The notes under the pieces are model-generated. The model saw only the letters and a program-made list of their open reading frames with translations, ran no database searches and was not told where the DNA came from. A DNA stretch of 62,749 nucleotides, filler included, from Diploschistes diacapsis (lineage: Eukaryota): the NCBI GenBank assembly GCA_023645945.1. It is 30 parts of 30 records of this genome, joined end to end, with 100 filler letters (N's around TTAATTAATTAA, not from the genome) between each part and the next. Parts side by side here need not be neighbours in the genome. Positions count along the whole stretch, not along the records: positions 36,841 to 38,190 come from JALAIB010003264.1; positions 38,291 to 39,639 come from JALAIB010003265.1; positions 39,740 to 41,087 come from JALAIB010003266.1; positions 41,188 to 42,534 come from JALAIB010003267.1; positions 42,635 to 43,981 come from JALAIB010003268.1; positions 44,082 to 45,427 come from JALAIB010003269.1; positions 45,528 to 46,873 come from JALAIB010003270.1; positions 46,974 to 48,318 come from JALAIB010003271.1; 22 more parts are not named here. One strand, given 5' to 3'. Every line of letters starts with the position of its first letter. Position 1 is the stretch's first letter. Of this stretch, positions 36,841-50,462 are shown in pieces. The position numbers were made by a program, and so were the translations under genes.

Positions 36841-37308
36841 GATTAATAAAGAATTTAATTAAACGTTACGAGCCGTTTTAAAATTAATTAATCTGATTCG
36901 ACGTTATTTGAATCGAATAATCCGTATATTTAAATCGACGTATATTAAGTTCATAACGTTTCGTAAAGAAAATCGAGAATAAAAAACGTTTTTTAATAAT
37001 CGTAAAAAACGTAAATTAAATAAACGAATTGAATTAGAAGGTCGTTTTATGTTTAGTATAGACGAAATTCTTAAAATAATAGCTCGGGTTAAATCGAGTC
37101 GAATAATTTCGAAACGATTTGTAAAGCGTAAAAAACGTTATCGCATTTTTGAAATCGAGTAAGATAAAGATGAAGAGGATAGATTCGATTTAGATCGATT
37201 AGATTCTAATTGTGATGAATAGGTTATATCTAAAAACCGTAGAATATTGGCGGTAGTAATTTGAAGTAGCCTACTTCTGGGGGTGGCCCGGTTCCCCGTC
37301 AAACACGT
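36841..37308 (+). mobile_element. Pogo-type transposon 3' end
   Basis: Homologous to 7919-8420; ends CCGTCAAACACGT + TA. Confidence 0.75.
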
Positions 37309-38290
37309 TATAATAAAATACAGGGAATCGGTTGTTATGATCTCTATTTATACAAGGTATACACGAGTAGGATCAAGGTGGGTTTAATTTCTGTTAGAAG
37401 AGGAGTGTGGTAGGAGAAGAAGATAGAACAATTATAGGTCTTGGACTGTTTTTAGAAAGAAGGCTTTAAAATAATAAAAATAACGAATATAGATTGATCC
37501 CGAATAATAATTTAAGATATTTATAAAAATAAACACGTCTTTTTTCATGAAAGTAAAATCGTGCTTATATATAATTAGCTCGCTCGCCGTTTATCGTAAA
37601 TCTAACGAACGGTGTTCTCGAGGCTTACCGCTTACGAAAATGAACGCGATTATTAAACGGTGGCGAAAGCTTGTTCGCCGCTTATAAGAATAAACGTAAG
37701 TAATGAACGCATTACGTGATTTTTGGTCTTATAATTGATCTATATATAAAGCTGGGACGTATTAAGTCTGGTATTTGGATCGTAATATTATCTTTTTCCT
37801 TCAGTATTATCGGCCCGATGATTCGTCTAAGGTTCTAATATAAATATTAAATAAAAAAGAATCTTAAGTTATAAAACAACGATATTTCTTTTAATTTCTC
37901 GTAATCGGTCCGTTAAACGAATTTAATTTTCTCGTTTTATCGTTCGTTATAAAATTTTTACTGCTTCTTTTTATAAACATTATTTTCTTAACGACAAGTT
38001 TTGTTTCGTTATACTATCTGATTCTAGAATTCTAAAGGATTCGGAGTGTGTACGCCGTGATCGTTTTTGCGTGGAAATGTCATAAGCTCGTTTAAAACGG
38101 ATATAAGATGTGTTAAAGCGGTTTATACAAAAGGATATTGACCGGTTTCTTGAACTTATTTATCGTATCGAGCGAAACAAACTTCTTTTANNNNNNNNNN
38201 NNNNNNNNNNNNNNNNNNNNNNNNNNNNNNNNNNTTAATTAATTAANNNNNNNNNNNNNNNNNNNNNNNNNNNNNNNNNNNNNNNNNNNN

Positions 38291-38859
38291 CTTATAAAGG
38301 ATAAGAAGGTTTTTAGAAGGGTATTTACGAATGGTAGAGATACGGTAAAAATTAGGGATATTTTTAGATAATTATCGCCCTTCTGTCCTACCGTGATTCG
38401 AGAGAGTGAAATGCAGGGGAATAAGTTCAGGAATATTGTTATATTTAGAAACACAGTTACGTCGAGGAGGGAGTATTGAAGATAATAAGTTTCTAAATAT
38501 TTCAATTACCGGAAAAGGTACAGAACTATATTAAAATATGGAGATAAAGGGATGAAGATTTTCTATTAATAAGACTTATATGGAGTTCGTTATAAGACAG
38601 CGAATTATTAAGGGGGGGGTCGTATATAAATATAAAAGTAGGCCGCAGACTTAATAAGGGTGGTCCTTATAGGGCAGCTCTATTTAAGAAGGCCTGCTAG
38701 GTAGCTCTAGACAATTAATGCATCCTATATCTCACAAATGTCCTACCTAGGTATGCTGTTGACTACGAGATCACACTACATTCCCCTACTACACCACCTG
38801 CGACTACCTACCTACTACAGCAAGGGAAGTCTCCCTAGACAGCGCGCCTTGTGTTTAGA
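38291..38859 (+). mobile_element. 3' end of an LTR family 2 element (internal region, PPT, LTR 38625-38859)
   Basis: AAGGGGGGGGTCG purine tract just before the LTR. The same arrangement is reversed at 60501-61000. Confidence 0.7.
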
Positions 38860-38973
38860 TTATATATCTAATCGAATCGATTTAATAATATTATTATAAT
38901 ATAATTCTTATTTTTTTAATTATTTAATATCGCAATATTTTCGCCGTTAAAAAGCGCATTAACGCAAAAGACG

Positions 38974-39170
38974 GTAGAACGCCCCTACAGGAATACTACA
39001 CAACCAGGGGCTGAGCCTAATCTGGAAGGATCACGTGTAGCTGCAATCTGTAGGCTGAATGGTTCAGATTCGAAAAGGTAAGGGAGAAACTATCTAGGTG
39101 GAGGAGGGCACGAATAAATAGTCTGGGTGCCAGCCCTACCGCCCTACGGGGTTCAACCCTTGAACCCACA
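38974..39170 (+). repeat. ~195-bp GC-richer repeat, probable solo LTR (family 5)
   Basis: Ends GAACCCACA and contains AATAAA. Other copies: 54197-54374 (-) and 55325-55357. Confidence 0.55.
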
Positions 39171-40026
39171 AACGTTCAGGATGTTCCAGACGGATTATAT
39201 GACTCGATTAAATATATCGCGTATAACACGTTTAAAATAAATCGAATTATTTTTAATAATTTAAAATCGAGTTATTACGAGTTGAAACGTTTAAATAAAT
39301 TTTATAAATATTAAATTATAATCTATTAATCCTATAACCGTGTTTAATAAACTTTATTCGACCTATCGGACCCTTTCATCTTCACCTTATAATTCTTTTT
39401 CAACCACGAATCAATTCGATTTAAATTTATTCTTATTATATAATTTTCCACCAAATACGATCGAACTACGAAAAATTAATAAAAAATTATTAAACGTTAC
39501 GAGCTGTTTTAAAACTAATCAACCCGATTTAACGTTATTCGAATCGAATAACCCGTATGCTTAAATCGATCTATATTAAATTTACAACGCTTCGTAAAGA
39601 AAACCGAGAGTAAAAAACGTTTTTTAATAATCGTAAGAANNNNNNNNNNNNNNNNNNNNNNNNNNNNNNNNNNNNNNNNNNNNTTAATTAATTAANNNNN
39701 NNNNNNNNNNNNNNNNNNNNNNNNNNNNNNNNNNNNNNNGATCTATATAAGAATATCGCTATAACCTTCGTCGATAAAGGGCGTATTTATTTTTATAGAT
39801 ATCTTAAGTTATTACTCGGGAGTAATCTATATTCGTTACTTTTATTATCTTAGAACCTTCTTTCTAATAAATAGTTTAAACTTGTGACTATTTTATCTTC
39901 TTTTCTTGCTATATTCCTCTTCTATTAGAGACCAAACCCATCTTGATCTTACTCGTGTATACCTTGTATAGATAGAGATCATAACATAAATTAAATCGTT
40001 AAATTATGCCGTTTCTGAGTTTCTAG

Positions 40027-40261
40027 TGTAAACATAAAAGTAGGCCGCAGACTTGGTGGGGGTGGTCCCCACAGGGCAGCTCCATTTAAGGAGGCCTGCT
40101 AGGTAACTCTAGACAATCAATGCATCCTACACCTCACAAATGTCCTACCTAGGTATGCTGTTGACTACGAAATCACACTACATTCCCCTCCTACACCACC
40201 TACGACTATCTACCTACTACAGCAAGGGAAGTCTCCCTAGACAGCGCGCCTTGTGTTTATA
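40027..40261 (+). mobile_element. Solo LTR family 2 with 4-bp TSD CTAG
   Basis: CTAG|TGTAAACATA...TGTGTTTATA|CTAG. Confidence 0.85.
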
Positions 40262-41443
40262 CTAGTCGTGATATACTGAGATTATATATTCTTTATCTCG
40301 GCAGTTCCTTAAGTTTATATATATGGAATAAAGCGGGTGTTTATACTTTCTATATAAACACGTCTGATAAACGAAATAAACCCTTAATGTGATTTCCTGT
40401 TCTTTTAATAATATTATTAATAATAATCCTCCCATTTTACTATTATTGTATAAATAAGTTCTATAGTTTTTATCGATATAGTCGTATATGAAGTTATAGT
40501 TCTGATATTAGATATCATGTAAAATATGTTCGTAATAATTTTTAAACGTCGCGTCTATAACTAATTTATCGAATAGAACATACTTCTTATCTTGATATAC
40601 TGAGTATTCGCAGCGGAAATCCTTACATTCGTCTAGTTTTTCGTGGTCTGGATGATTCCGATCATTAGTAACGAGAACTTTTTTTAAAAATATTTCTTCT
40701 TAATAATAACACGGTTATTAATATAAAACTTATACGATACGTTTTCGTTTAAATTATTGTTTAAAAATTTTCGGGTATTTGATTTAACGTTAAAGATCGA
40801 ATAATATATCTATATTTCCGCGAATAAATATTTGATCGTTTTTTTATATTTCGTTATATCGTTATTCGAAATATCGTTACTTTTCGAAACCTCGTTCGTC
40901 GATATCTTAATTAATAAAAACGTGGTTTCGGTATTTTTATTAATAGATTCGTCGGTGTCGTTTTATTAGACTATATTATGCGATTTTATTATAACTTTTT
41001 TTAAGGTTGTCCGTCCGTAAAGTAATCTTCTATAAAATAATACGTAATTACGTTAAATTATAAACTTATCGCGGTTAAGGTATCTTTNNNNNNNNNNNNN
41101 NNNNNNNNNNNNNNNNNNNNNNNNNNNNNNNTTAATTAATTAANNNNNNNNNNNNNNNNNNNNNNNNNNNNNNNNNNNNNNNNNNNNATATTATATTATT
41201 TTCCCGGAAATGTCCGTCATTAAAACCCACGAGATCGACCGGATGAAAAAAATTTAGGATCTCGAAACGTATTTAAATAATTACAAACTCGGATACTTTA
41301 TCGATAATATAATATTACCGATATTCCGGAAGAGTTATTCCGATAATATTTTATAACATTATTTAAGAAATTTTAAAGAAATGTTAACCAAAACCCGAAT
41401 TAAAAAGGAAACGATCTTTAAAGAAAATAATAATGCTTTAGAA

Positions 41444-42082
41444 TAGGCTGGCCGTTTCGTGCTACGGACACTTCCACGGACACTACCGAGAAAATTTTTA
41501 AAACACGATACTGCCACGGACACTACCGCTAAAATTTTAAAACACGGACACTTCTACGGACATTACACTATAATAAAAGCACGGACACAGACACTACGGT
41601 TAAAAAATTTAAAACACGGACACTTCCACGGACACTACCGCCAAAAATTTTAAAACACGATACTGCTACGGACACTATACTACAGTAAATTCATCGAAAC
41701 ATTACCGTAAATCCACCGAAATACCGCGGTAAAAAAATAAAAACGTAAAAAATAAACGTAATAATTCTAAAATTATTAAAAAATAAATATTATTTAAAAA
41801 TATTTCGGTAAATATACGGACACGATAATAAATTTATTAATATAAATATTACGATTAAAAATTTTAAAATACGAACACTTCCACGGATATTATATTATAA
41901 TAAAAACACGAACACGGACATTACGATTAAAAAGTTTAAAACACGGATATTTCCACGGACATTATATTGCAGTAAAAGCACGGACACGGACACTACGGCT
42001 GAAAATTTCAAAACACGGACACTGCCACGGCCGTGTCCGTACCACGGACACGGCCGTGTCAGTGTCAGTGACGGCCAGCCTA
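41444..42082 (-). mobile_element. Full-length hAT-like MITE (no TSD match; possibly chimeric)
   Basis: TAGGCTGGCCGT...ACGGCCAGCCTA with internal ACACGGAC arrays. Confidence 0.75.
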
Positions 42083-42634
42083 ATAACACCTTAATCTTTA
42101 GATACGAATATTATTTATTAACGACTTTTCGTTCAATTAATACTCGACAAACGTCGCGACTAAATTATTTAATTCAAATTCTATTACCGTTCTGTTTTAA
42201 ATATAATATTAAGCTAATATTATTTCGTTTTAAAAAACGTATCTTTGTTTCGTTCCTTTAAATATGACCCGGATGTTCATTTCGATAATTTATATAGATC
42301 TTTCGGCAGTGTTATTTTAGTTTAACGTGTATGGTACTATCGGTTTTATCTAAATTCCTAAACTTTTCCTTTAATTCTCGATTATAAAGATTAATTTAAA
42401 TGTATTATCGAGACGTATTACTTTTAGTTATTTACCGTTTTAAAATTCTGCATTCATTTTTTAAAATTATAAAATACGAATAACATCCTTCCGAATTTTA
42501 TAAAGAATAGATTAGATTCTTCGCGAGTAATTATNNNNNNNNNNNNNNNNNNNNNNNNNNNNNNNNNNNNNNNNNNNNTTAATTAATTAANNNNNNNNNN
42601 NNNNNNNNNNNNNNNNNNNNNNNNNNNNNNNNNN

Positions 42635-43061
42635 GTTACGAGCCGTTCTAGAATTAATTAATCCGATTCGACGTTATTCGAGTCGAATAAACCGTATATT
42701 TAAATCGACGTATATTAAATTCATAACGTTTCGTAAAGAAAACCGAGAATAAAAAACGTTTCTTAATAATCGTAAGAAACGTAAATTAAATAAACGAATC
42801 GAATTAAAAAATTATTTTATATTTAATATAAACGAAGTTTTTAAAATAATAATTCGGGTTAAATCGAGTTAAATAATTTTAAAACGATCTATAACGCGTA
42901 AAAAACGTCGTCGCGTTTCTAAAATCGAAGAGGATGAAGAGGAGGAAGATAGATTCGATTTTGATCGATTAGATTCTGATTGCGACGAATAGGTTATATT
43001 TAAAAACCGTCGAATGTTGGCGGTAGTAATTTGAGGTGGCCGGAATCCCCGTGAAACACGT
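42635..43061 (+). mobile_element. Pogo-type transposon 3' end (TIR with only one internal repeat)
   Basis: Homologous to 36841-37308; ends GTGAAACACGT + TA. Confidence 0.75.
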
Positions 43062-43225
43062 TATAATTAATTTAATCGAATATAGTTTTCCGTCGTAATA
43101 AACGGATATACGCGATATAATTAACTTAATATACGTAACTCGAAATAGACCGCTAACTAAATCACGATAAACGTAAAATATCGTACGATAATAAAAAATA
43201 CTTAAAATACGTTATTAAAAAGTAT

Positions 43226-43981
43226 TGTTGAGCAGGCAGGCAGAATGCATGGCTGGGAAGTTCAGCTGAACCTCAGGTTCAGGTTCAGTTCAGCCGAACC
43301 TACTGGGGTTCCTGCTAATCCTAATCGGAAGTAATGCAAGTCTATAAGGCTTAATGGATCTTATTAATATAAAAACTTATATATAGACTATTCCTTCTAA
43401 TTAAATCTCTAGATATCTAAATTTCAATACATACGTTACTTAAAAGATTATAAGCCCGAGTTAATTTATTATCCCGTCGCGTTTATATATTAAAAATAAT
43501 ATTTCCGGGTAGATATCACCGTTACGATTATAGGATCCAATTACGCTACCTATTATAAATTAAATTAAAAAGATTTTAAAAGCCTAAGATCTAAATCATA
43601 GCATCCTAAAATAATCAGATCCAAAATAAAAGTTAAATTACTTATTAATAAAACGCGGGTACCGATTACGCTGCTCTAAAAGAACTAAATTGATTAAATT
43701 AAGTCAAAATTCAGGACCTAAGTTCAGGTTTATTTAATTAATATCCGAAAATCTTCCTCCTCGACAAATCATCGAAATCCAATAGAATTCTATTACTACA
43801 TTCATTCGACCACTCTAAACAAATATCGAAATTTAACTAAACTCGCTGAACTTATTCGATTATCTTCACTTCTTTAACAAAAAACTCACACCTCTCTATT
43901 CTATTTATCAACGATTTATTAACTACGATTCATTCATTACACTAATCTTCTTTATTTACGAAAATTATAGTTATAAAAGAT
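43226..43981 (+). mobile_element. Copia family B 5' end (LTR, RIP-mutated PBS GATTATAAGCCC, decayed gag)
   Basis: TGTTGAGCAGG start. The PBS at 43446-43457 differs from GGTTATGAGCCC only by G>A changes. Confidence 0.75.
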
Positions 43982-45527
43982 NNNNNNNNNNNNNNNNNNN
44001 NNNNNNNNNNNNNNNNNNNNNNNNNTTAATTAATTAANNNNNNNNNNNNNNNNNNNNNNNNNNNNNNNNNNNNNNNNNNNNGCCCCAGTGAGCCCCCAGC
44101 TAGCATCCCCACAAAGCTCTACAGCCGAGACAGACAACTTGAAAGTCTCTCAAAAACAATCTCTTTCCCCTCTCCCAGCCACTGCAGGCCGAATTATTAC
44201 GGGTGCACATCCCCGAAAGGGCAAATTAGCCATCTCTCATCAAGCTTTTCCCTTGAATTGCCCTCATTTGAAACCAGCACCCCAGAATAATCACTGCGAT
44301 GCACGATGCACGACGCACGATGCACGCTTCCCCAAACATCTCGACGCAAGGCATTTCAAACCCCGATTCCTCTTGAGCCTCGACGAGACACCAAACCCCC
44401 ATTCCGTGCCGATCCTCCAAGCTCATATGCGAAAACTTGACGTCCTCGTTGCTATTTTAACTTACAAGATCTGCACAACGCGTCACGTCACGACGGGTAC
44501 TGTAGACGGGTACTGTAGATCTTTCGTATTAACAAAACCCCCGTGTTGACCAAACCCGCCGCGATGATCTAGCCCATGATCCCCACAATAAGTTAAACAT
44601 GTCGGAAATTTCCGTACTCAAGCCCCCATATTATTGAGCACTGTCAAAGTAAATAATACGAGAGGATTTGCAAGTCCCTCGTGCTTTTTTCCGTAGTATA
44701 TATTATACATATGTATGCATGCACCCCCGAGTTGGTCCAAAGATTGCACCTGATTCCCCCACCGCTTCAACGGGTAAAAAGTAGCTACATAATGGCGATG
44801 GATTTTTTTTATGTATATATATGTGTTACCAGGGGACTTTTTCCTTGTACGACACCCCATCCCCCCAGGCCTCGGAGGGCCGGATGTGTGCATATAGAAG
44901 AAGAAGAGAAAACACTAAACGTCAGATATCGGAACAAGATAGCGGGGTTGGAGAAAACGATGATGGCCTTGGTGATAGATTCAACCCCCCATCAGCTGCC
45001 TGGCCCTCTAGTCTACTTAGTGGCGGGTAAAACTGCTTGGGTAGCTCGCCCAAGGCGCAAGCTGTCATCGCCATTGCATTGACCAACACCAGCACCAATA
45101 ACGATGAACGAGCACAGAGTGGGGAATAAGGGAAAAGAGAATAGGGTATGAACATGCAGATCTAATTTCATCATGCCCCCTCGCCCCGCTGGCTCCTTTG
45201 ATTCGCTGTGCACTGCGTTTGGATATGAACCAAGAAAGAAGAAAAAAGCATTCGGATGGCCCGTCAGTCAGTAATATACGCTCGCAAAAACCCGTCTATC
45301 CCCCCATTGTCCATTCCAAAAACCCCTCCATTCTTCTCTTCCCTGGTCTCCTGTCCTCCTCTCATGCAGTAAACCCTTACTGCCCTCCCCGCTCATCGTC
45401 CTGCCCAAGCCGCCTGTAGTTCCCCGCNNNNNNNNNNNNNNNNNNNNNNNNNNNNNNNNNNNNNNNNNNNNTTAATTAATTAANNNNNNNNNNNNNNNNN
45501 NNNNNNNNNNNNNNNNNNNNNNNNNNN

Positions 45528-46873
45528 TAGTATCCGTGTTAATGTTTTTGTTATATTATAATGTCCGTATTAGGCTGGCCGTCACTGACACTGACACTGC
45601 CGGTGTCAGTGTCAGTGTTTTAGATTTTTTTGTTACGGTATCAGTATCCGTGGATTCACGGAAATACAATATCCGTATCAATGTCCGTGTTTTAAATTTT
45701 TTAGCTACGGTGTCCGTGTCCGTGCTTTCACTACAATACAATGTTAGTGTCAGTATCCGTGTTTTAAAATTTTTTATTACGATGTCCGTATCATTAAATT
45801 CACGGAAATACAATGTCCGTATCCGTGCATTCACCGAAACACTTTTTTTTTTTAATAATTCTAGAATTATCACGCCTATTTCTCACGCTTTTTCTTTTAA
45901 AAAAAATTTTCACTACGGTATTCCGATGAATTCACTGCAGTATCAATATCAGTATCAATAGATTCACGGAAATGCAATATCAATATCAGTGTCAATGTTT
46001 TAAATTTTTTAACTACGATATCCGTGTCCGTGCTTTCACTACAATACAGTGTCAATATCAATATCAATATTTTAGATTTTTTAACTACGATGTCCGTGTC
46101 CGTGCTTTCACTGCAGTACAGTGTCAGTATCAGTGTCAGTATCGAGAAAACTTTTGCTGCGGTGTCAGTGTCAGTGTCAGTGGCACGGAACGGAACGGCC
46201 AGCCTAGTCCGTATTAATATCCGTGTTTTAAAAATCTTAATTATAGTATCCGTATCCGTGCTTTTATTGTATTATATTGTCCGTGTTAGTATCCGTGTTT
46301 TAAAATTTTTAGTTATAGTGTCCATATTCGTGTTTTTATTATAATATAATGTCCGTGTTAGTGTCCGTGCCGAGAAATTTTTTGCTGCGGTGTCCGTGTC
46401 AATGTCCGTGGCACGAAATGGCCAGCCTAGTATGACCTTTTTCATCATTATTCAGTCATTTTAGAAAATTTAGACTAAGCGAAAACTAGCCGTTGTATTA
46501 GGCTGGCCGTCAGTGACACGGACACCGCAGTGTTAGTGTTAGTATTTTAGATTTTTTTGCTGCGGTGTCCGTGTCCGTGGATTCACGGAAATGTAATGTT
46601 CGTATTAATATTTATATTTTAGATTTTTTAATTACGATATCCGTGTTCGTGGATTTACGGAAATATAGTATCCGTATTAATATCCGTGTTTTAAAAATTT
46701 TAATTACGATGTCCGTGTTCGTGTATTTATTATAATATAGTGTCCGTGTCCGTGTCCGTGTTGAAATTTTTTTTTAAAATAAAAGCGTGAGAAATAAGCG
46801 TGATAATTTTAAAAATATTTAAAGAAAAAAATTTATTTTCGTGTTTTTATTATAATGTAGTATCCGTGTTAAT
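45528..46873 (+). mobile_element. Cluster of three hAT-like MITEs: 45571-46206 (TSD GTCCGTAT) nested in a copy ending at 46429, plus a copy starting at 46499
   Basis: 12-bp TIRs, and an exact 8-bp duplication at 45563-45570 and 46207-46214. Confidence 0.85.
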
Positions 46874-46973
46874 NNNNNNNNNNNNNNNNNNNNNNNNNNN
46901 NNNNNNNNNNNNNNNNNTTAATTAATTAANNNNNNNNNNNNNNNNNNNNNNNNNNNNNNNNNNNNNNNNNNNN

Positions 46974-47681
46974 CTCCACACCCCCCGACTGACCCTCCAC
47001 GCCGGCACCGAAGCCGACATCCCCACCCTCCACACCTTCCGCTCCGACCCCGTCATCATGAAGCACATGGGCGGCCCGCCCCTCACGTCCGTCGCGCAGA
47101 CGCGGGAATGGTATTTCTCCCGCTTCGAGGGCGAAGGGCGCGGGTGTGTTTATTTGATCGAGCTGCTGCCGCATGCGCAGGCGGCGTTCGGTGTGGGCGG
47201 CGACCAGGGCGAGCCGGCGGAAGGGGCGGCGCCCAAGCGGGTCGAGGCCGGTGTCAGAGACGACAAGGGGAGGCTGATCGTCGGCACCACGGGCAGCAAG
47301 GGCCTGCCGCACTTGGGCTACGGCATACACCCGGCCTTCTGGGGCCGGGGGCTGGCGACGGAGTCCGTCGGCGCGTTCGTCGGCGCGTATTTTGCCTCGC
47401 TGCCTCGTTTCGTGTCGGCGGCCGAGGACGGCGGCGATCAGGGGCCGCTGGCGCGTGCGGGGGATGGGCAGATGAGGAGGAGGCTGCGCGAGTTCGGGGA
47501 GGGGCGGAATTGGGTACAGGCCGATGTGGTGGAGGAGAATGTGGGGAGCTGGAAGGTTTTGGAGAAGGTGGGGTTTCGGAGGGAGGGGAGGGAGAGGAGG
47601 GAGCTTGGTGGCAGGAGGGCGGAGTGGGTGGTCGAGTACAGGCTGAGGAGGGAGCAGTGGGAGGGGGGAAAGTGGTCGTAG
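46974..47681 (+). CDS. GNAT-family (RimJ/RimL-like) N-acetyltransferase, 5'-truncated
   Basis: Open from the contig start: LHTPRLTL...SDPVIMKHMG...LGYGIHPAFWGRGLATE...ENVGSWKVLEKVGF (acetyl-CoA motif A and the NxxSxxVLEKxGF motif). Confidence 0.85.
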   Translation, partial: LHTPRLTLHAGTEADIPTLHTFRSDPVIMKHMGGPPLTSVAQTREWYFSRFEGEGRGCVYLIELLPHAQAAFGVGGDQGEPAEGAAPKRVEAGVRDDKGRLIVGTTGSKGLPHLGYGIHPAFWGRGLATESVGAFVGAYFASLPRFVSAAEDGGDQGPLARAGDGQMRRRLREFGEGRNWVQADVVEENVGSWKVLEKVGFRREGRERRELGGRRAEWVVEYRLRREQWEGGKWS

Positions 47682-49072
47682 CTACGAGGCCAGAGTGTTG
47701 GGACGGGGGAGCTTGGTGGTTGTGGTGCAGAAGTTGAATGGAGGTGGAGAGTGGGTGATGGCAGGAAGAAAGAGGCTCACTGACGGGTCAGTAATAAGCT
47801 GTGGAAGGTATCAGCGCACCCTCCTATACTATATGCGATACCGAATAACACAAACGGGCGTCAAAGATAGCCTGATCATCACATCCAGCGCCCCCCGAAA
47901 GCCGGAAGCCCTGGCTTTCACTGTCCTTTTACCACATCCTCTTCCCTCACATTCCTCCTTCCTCCTCTTCCTCCTTCCTCCTCCTCCACCTCCTCCCCGC
48001 CTTACCCCTCGCCGACCTCCCTCGGTATTCCTCCACGTCACCGCCTCCATATCCCACAGCACCACCGACGACAGAGAGCCAGACAGACATACAATACATG
48101 CGGCACACATCCGCGAGACATACGAAGTAGTACATGAAAATCGCAAGCTGCACAATAAGACAACGGAAGCTGTACAAACGGTCTAGAACCGAATTGTTTT
48201 GTGGTGGACAGTGTGAATGCTGGTGGGGGCTTCGCTCTTGCTGCAGGAAGATGACTCGAGGAAAGAATAAAAATCCATATGTGCTGGAAATGGGGGGGGG
48301 GGGTTCCTGGCTGTATGGNNNNNNNNNNNNNNNNNNNNNNNNNNNNNNNNNNNNNNNNNNNNTTAATTAATTAANNNNNNNNNNNNNNNNNNNNNNNNNN
48401 NNNNNNNNNNNNNNNNNNTTTTAATATAGAACCTATACTTCTTTAGTCTTGCTAATAAGCGATTACATAACGAAACGTATCTTGATTTCATCGTTAAAAA
48501 AATACTTATATAATATGATAAACATACTTTCTATATTTATCATTCAACGATTATATTCCTGAACAGTTTTTCCATAAAAAAATAATAACTTATTTAATTT
48601 GATATCGCGGTAGCGGTCTATAACATCTAAATAATCTTAACTTATTTATCGCTTGTGCATCACCTCAATTATTAATGCTGCTTTAACAGCAATTCTTTTT
48701 ACTTTCTCGACGAGGGCATCTTTTCTCGCTTTTATTACCTAGCTTTTTTTAAGCTTCATATCTTATCTTATTTTTAATAATATGTTTTTCATTATTTCTG
48801 ATACATCCCTCAATATAGATTCGAAATCATCTTCTTACTTTAACGATTCGCTTATTAATGTTTTACCTTTAGACTGCGAGTTTCGTTCTTACTGTTCGGT
48901 ATAATCTAAATCCTCTTTATAAAATAAAATAATTCTAGATCGTTCACTTCTTTCCCTTCCTTTACTTTCTTCTATTTCAATTTAATTACGTAAGTTTACT
49001 TTACGTCTACGTTGCGAAAAACGTGTTATTTTGTCGGATCGTCGTCCTTAAAAAAAATAAAATAATTAAAAC

Positions 49073-49763
49073 TGTAAAGAATGAAATACGACAATATGGC
49101 AAGATAACTACACGCAGGGCAGATTCATGCTAGGACTAATTACTAAAGAAGAAGAAAGAGTAAGAAGGGCAAAATCCCCCTTCAAGTACCCGCAAGCCAA
49201 GACCCTGAGTGCCGCTTGTCCGACTATTGGCTTGCTCCTTGCTTGGCCTTACAAAAATGACGTTCTTAATTTCGATTAAATAGTCGATCGTTTATTATTA
49301 TAACGTACGTCTGTAAAGCGTTTAGACTTCTAATTCTATTTTAATTACGTATAAGTTCATTTTTAATAAACTTTTTAAGATTTTCGCGGTATATTTTCAT
49401 TAAAACGTTATTGTTTTATTTAGTTTTTTTAAAGTATTTTTAGAATTTCGTAATACATTCTGAAGTTGGTTTTTTCTAACGTACGGTTTTAATAACCCGT
49501 ATAACGTATTCTTTATCGTTAATGATATTAAAAGCTAATCGGATTTGTTTTATAGAGTTTTTATAATTAACGAACATTCTTAAACCATTTTATTACTTAA
49601 AAAGATACGTATATAAATACGGCTCGATCTATGCAAATACGCGGTTATATATAAAGACGAGAATAAGCTCGACCTATATTAAGGATCGACATAATAACGA
49701 TATAAATCGAGTTAATCATTTAATCTATTTTAATAGGCAAAGAAAGGATTATAAAGGTAGTTC
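49073..49763 (-). mobile_element. Gypsy gag remnant (49763-49254) followed by a 181-bp LTR (49253-49073)
   Basis: Minus-strand gag homologous to 59966-60500. LTR TGTAAGG...CTTTACA. Confidence 0.6.
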
Positions 49764-50462
49764 NNNNNNNNNNNNNNNNNNNNNNNNNNNNNNNNNNNNN
49801 NNNNNNNTTAATTAATTAANNNNNNNNNNNNNNNNNNNNNNNNNNNNNNNNNNNNNNNNNNNNTAACGATATTCCGAATAACGATATAACGGAATATAAG
49901 AAATTAATAAAATAATTACTTTTATACGTTTAAATATATGATCTAATTTTTAACGTTAAACCAAATATTCGAGAACCTTTACGCAATAATTCGAATAAAG
50001 ATGCATCGTACGAATTCCGTGTTAGTAACCGTATTATCGATAAAACAGAATACTTTCGACGGAAAGCTGTTATTATCAACGACCGAAAATATCTAGACCA
50101 CACGATTCTTAGCGAATGTAAAGATTGCACATGCGAATTCACGAAATACGAAATTATGATTTATGTTTTTTACGGACGAATCACCATAAACGTTATTTTT
50201 TTTAATTTATTACGAAAGCGTCTTAATGGATAAATAATATATGGATTACCGTTTCCTATACGACTGCAATAGTCGGAACTGTTACACTCATTATTACAGC
50301 TTAGGACGAAAATAGAACGGAAGAGATCTACTAAATCAAAATAAAAAGATTGTTATTTTAAAAGTTTATTTCGCTTTTAAGACGTATCGGATTAAAAGAC
50401 ACGATTATTTCAATTATACAATTACGTGCCCAATAAATTATTACCGCGACAAGCATTATATA

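Noticed and set aside
44082..45427. Coding potential in the unRIPed contig 44082-45427
   Set aside because: The ORFs are motif-free. The content looks intergenic, with short tandem duplications (GACGGGTACTGTA x2 at 44492; CGATGCA repeats near 44297).
45528..46873. CRISPR-like array in the GTGTCCGTG repeats (also the GGCGAAACT array)
   Set aside because: The units are degenerate with no unique spacers, are bounded by TIRs/TSDs, lie in a eukaryotic context, and have no cas genes nearby.
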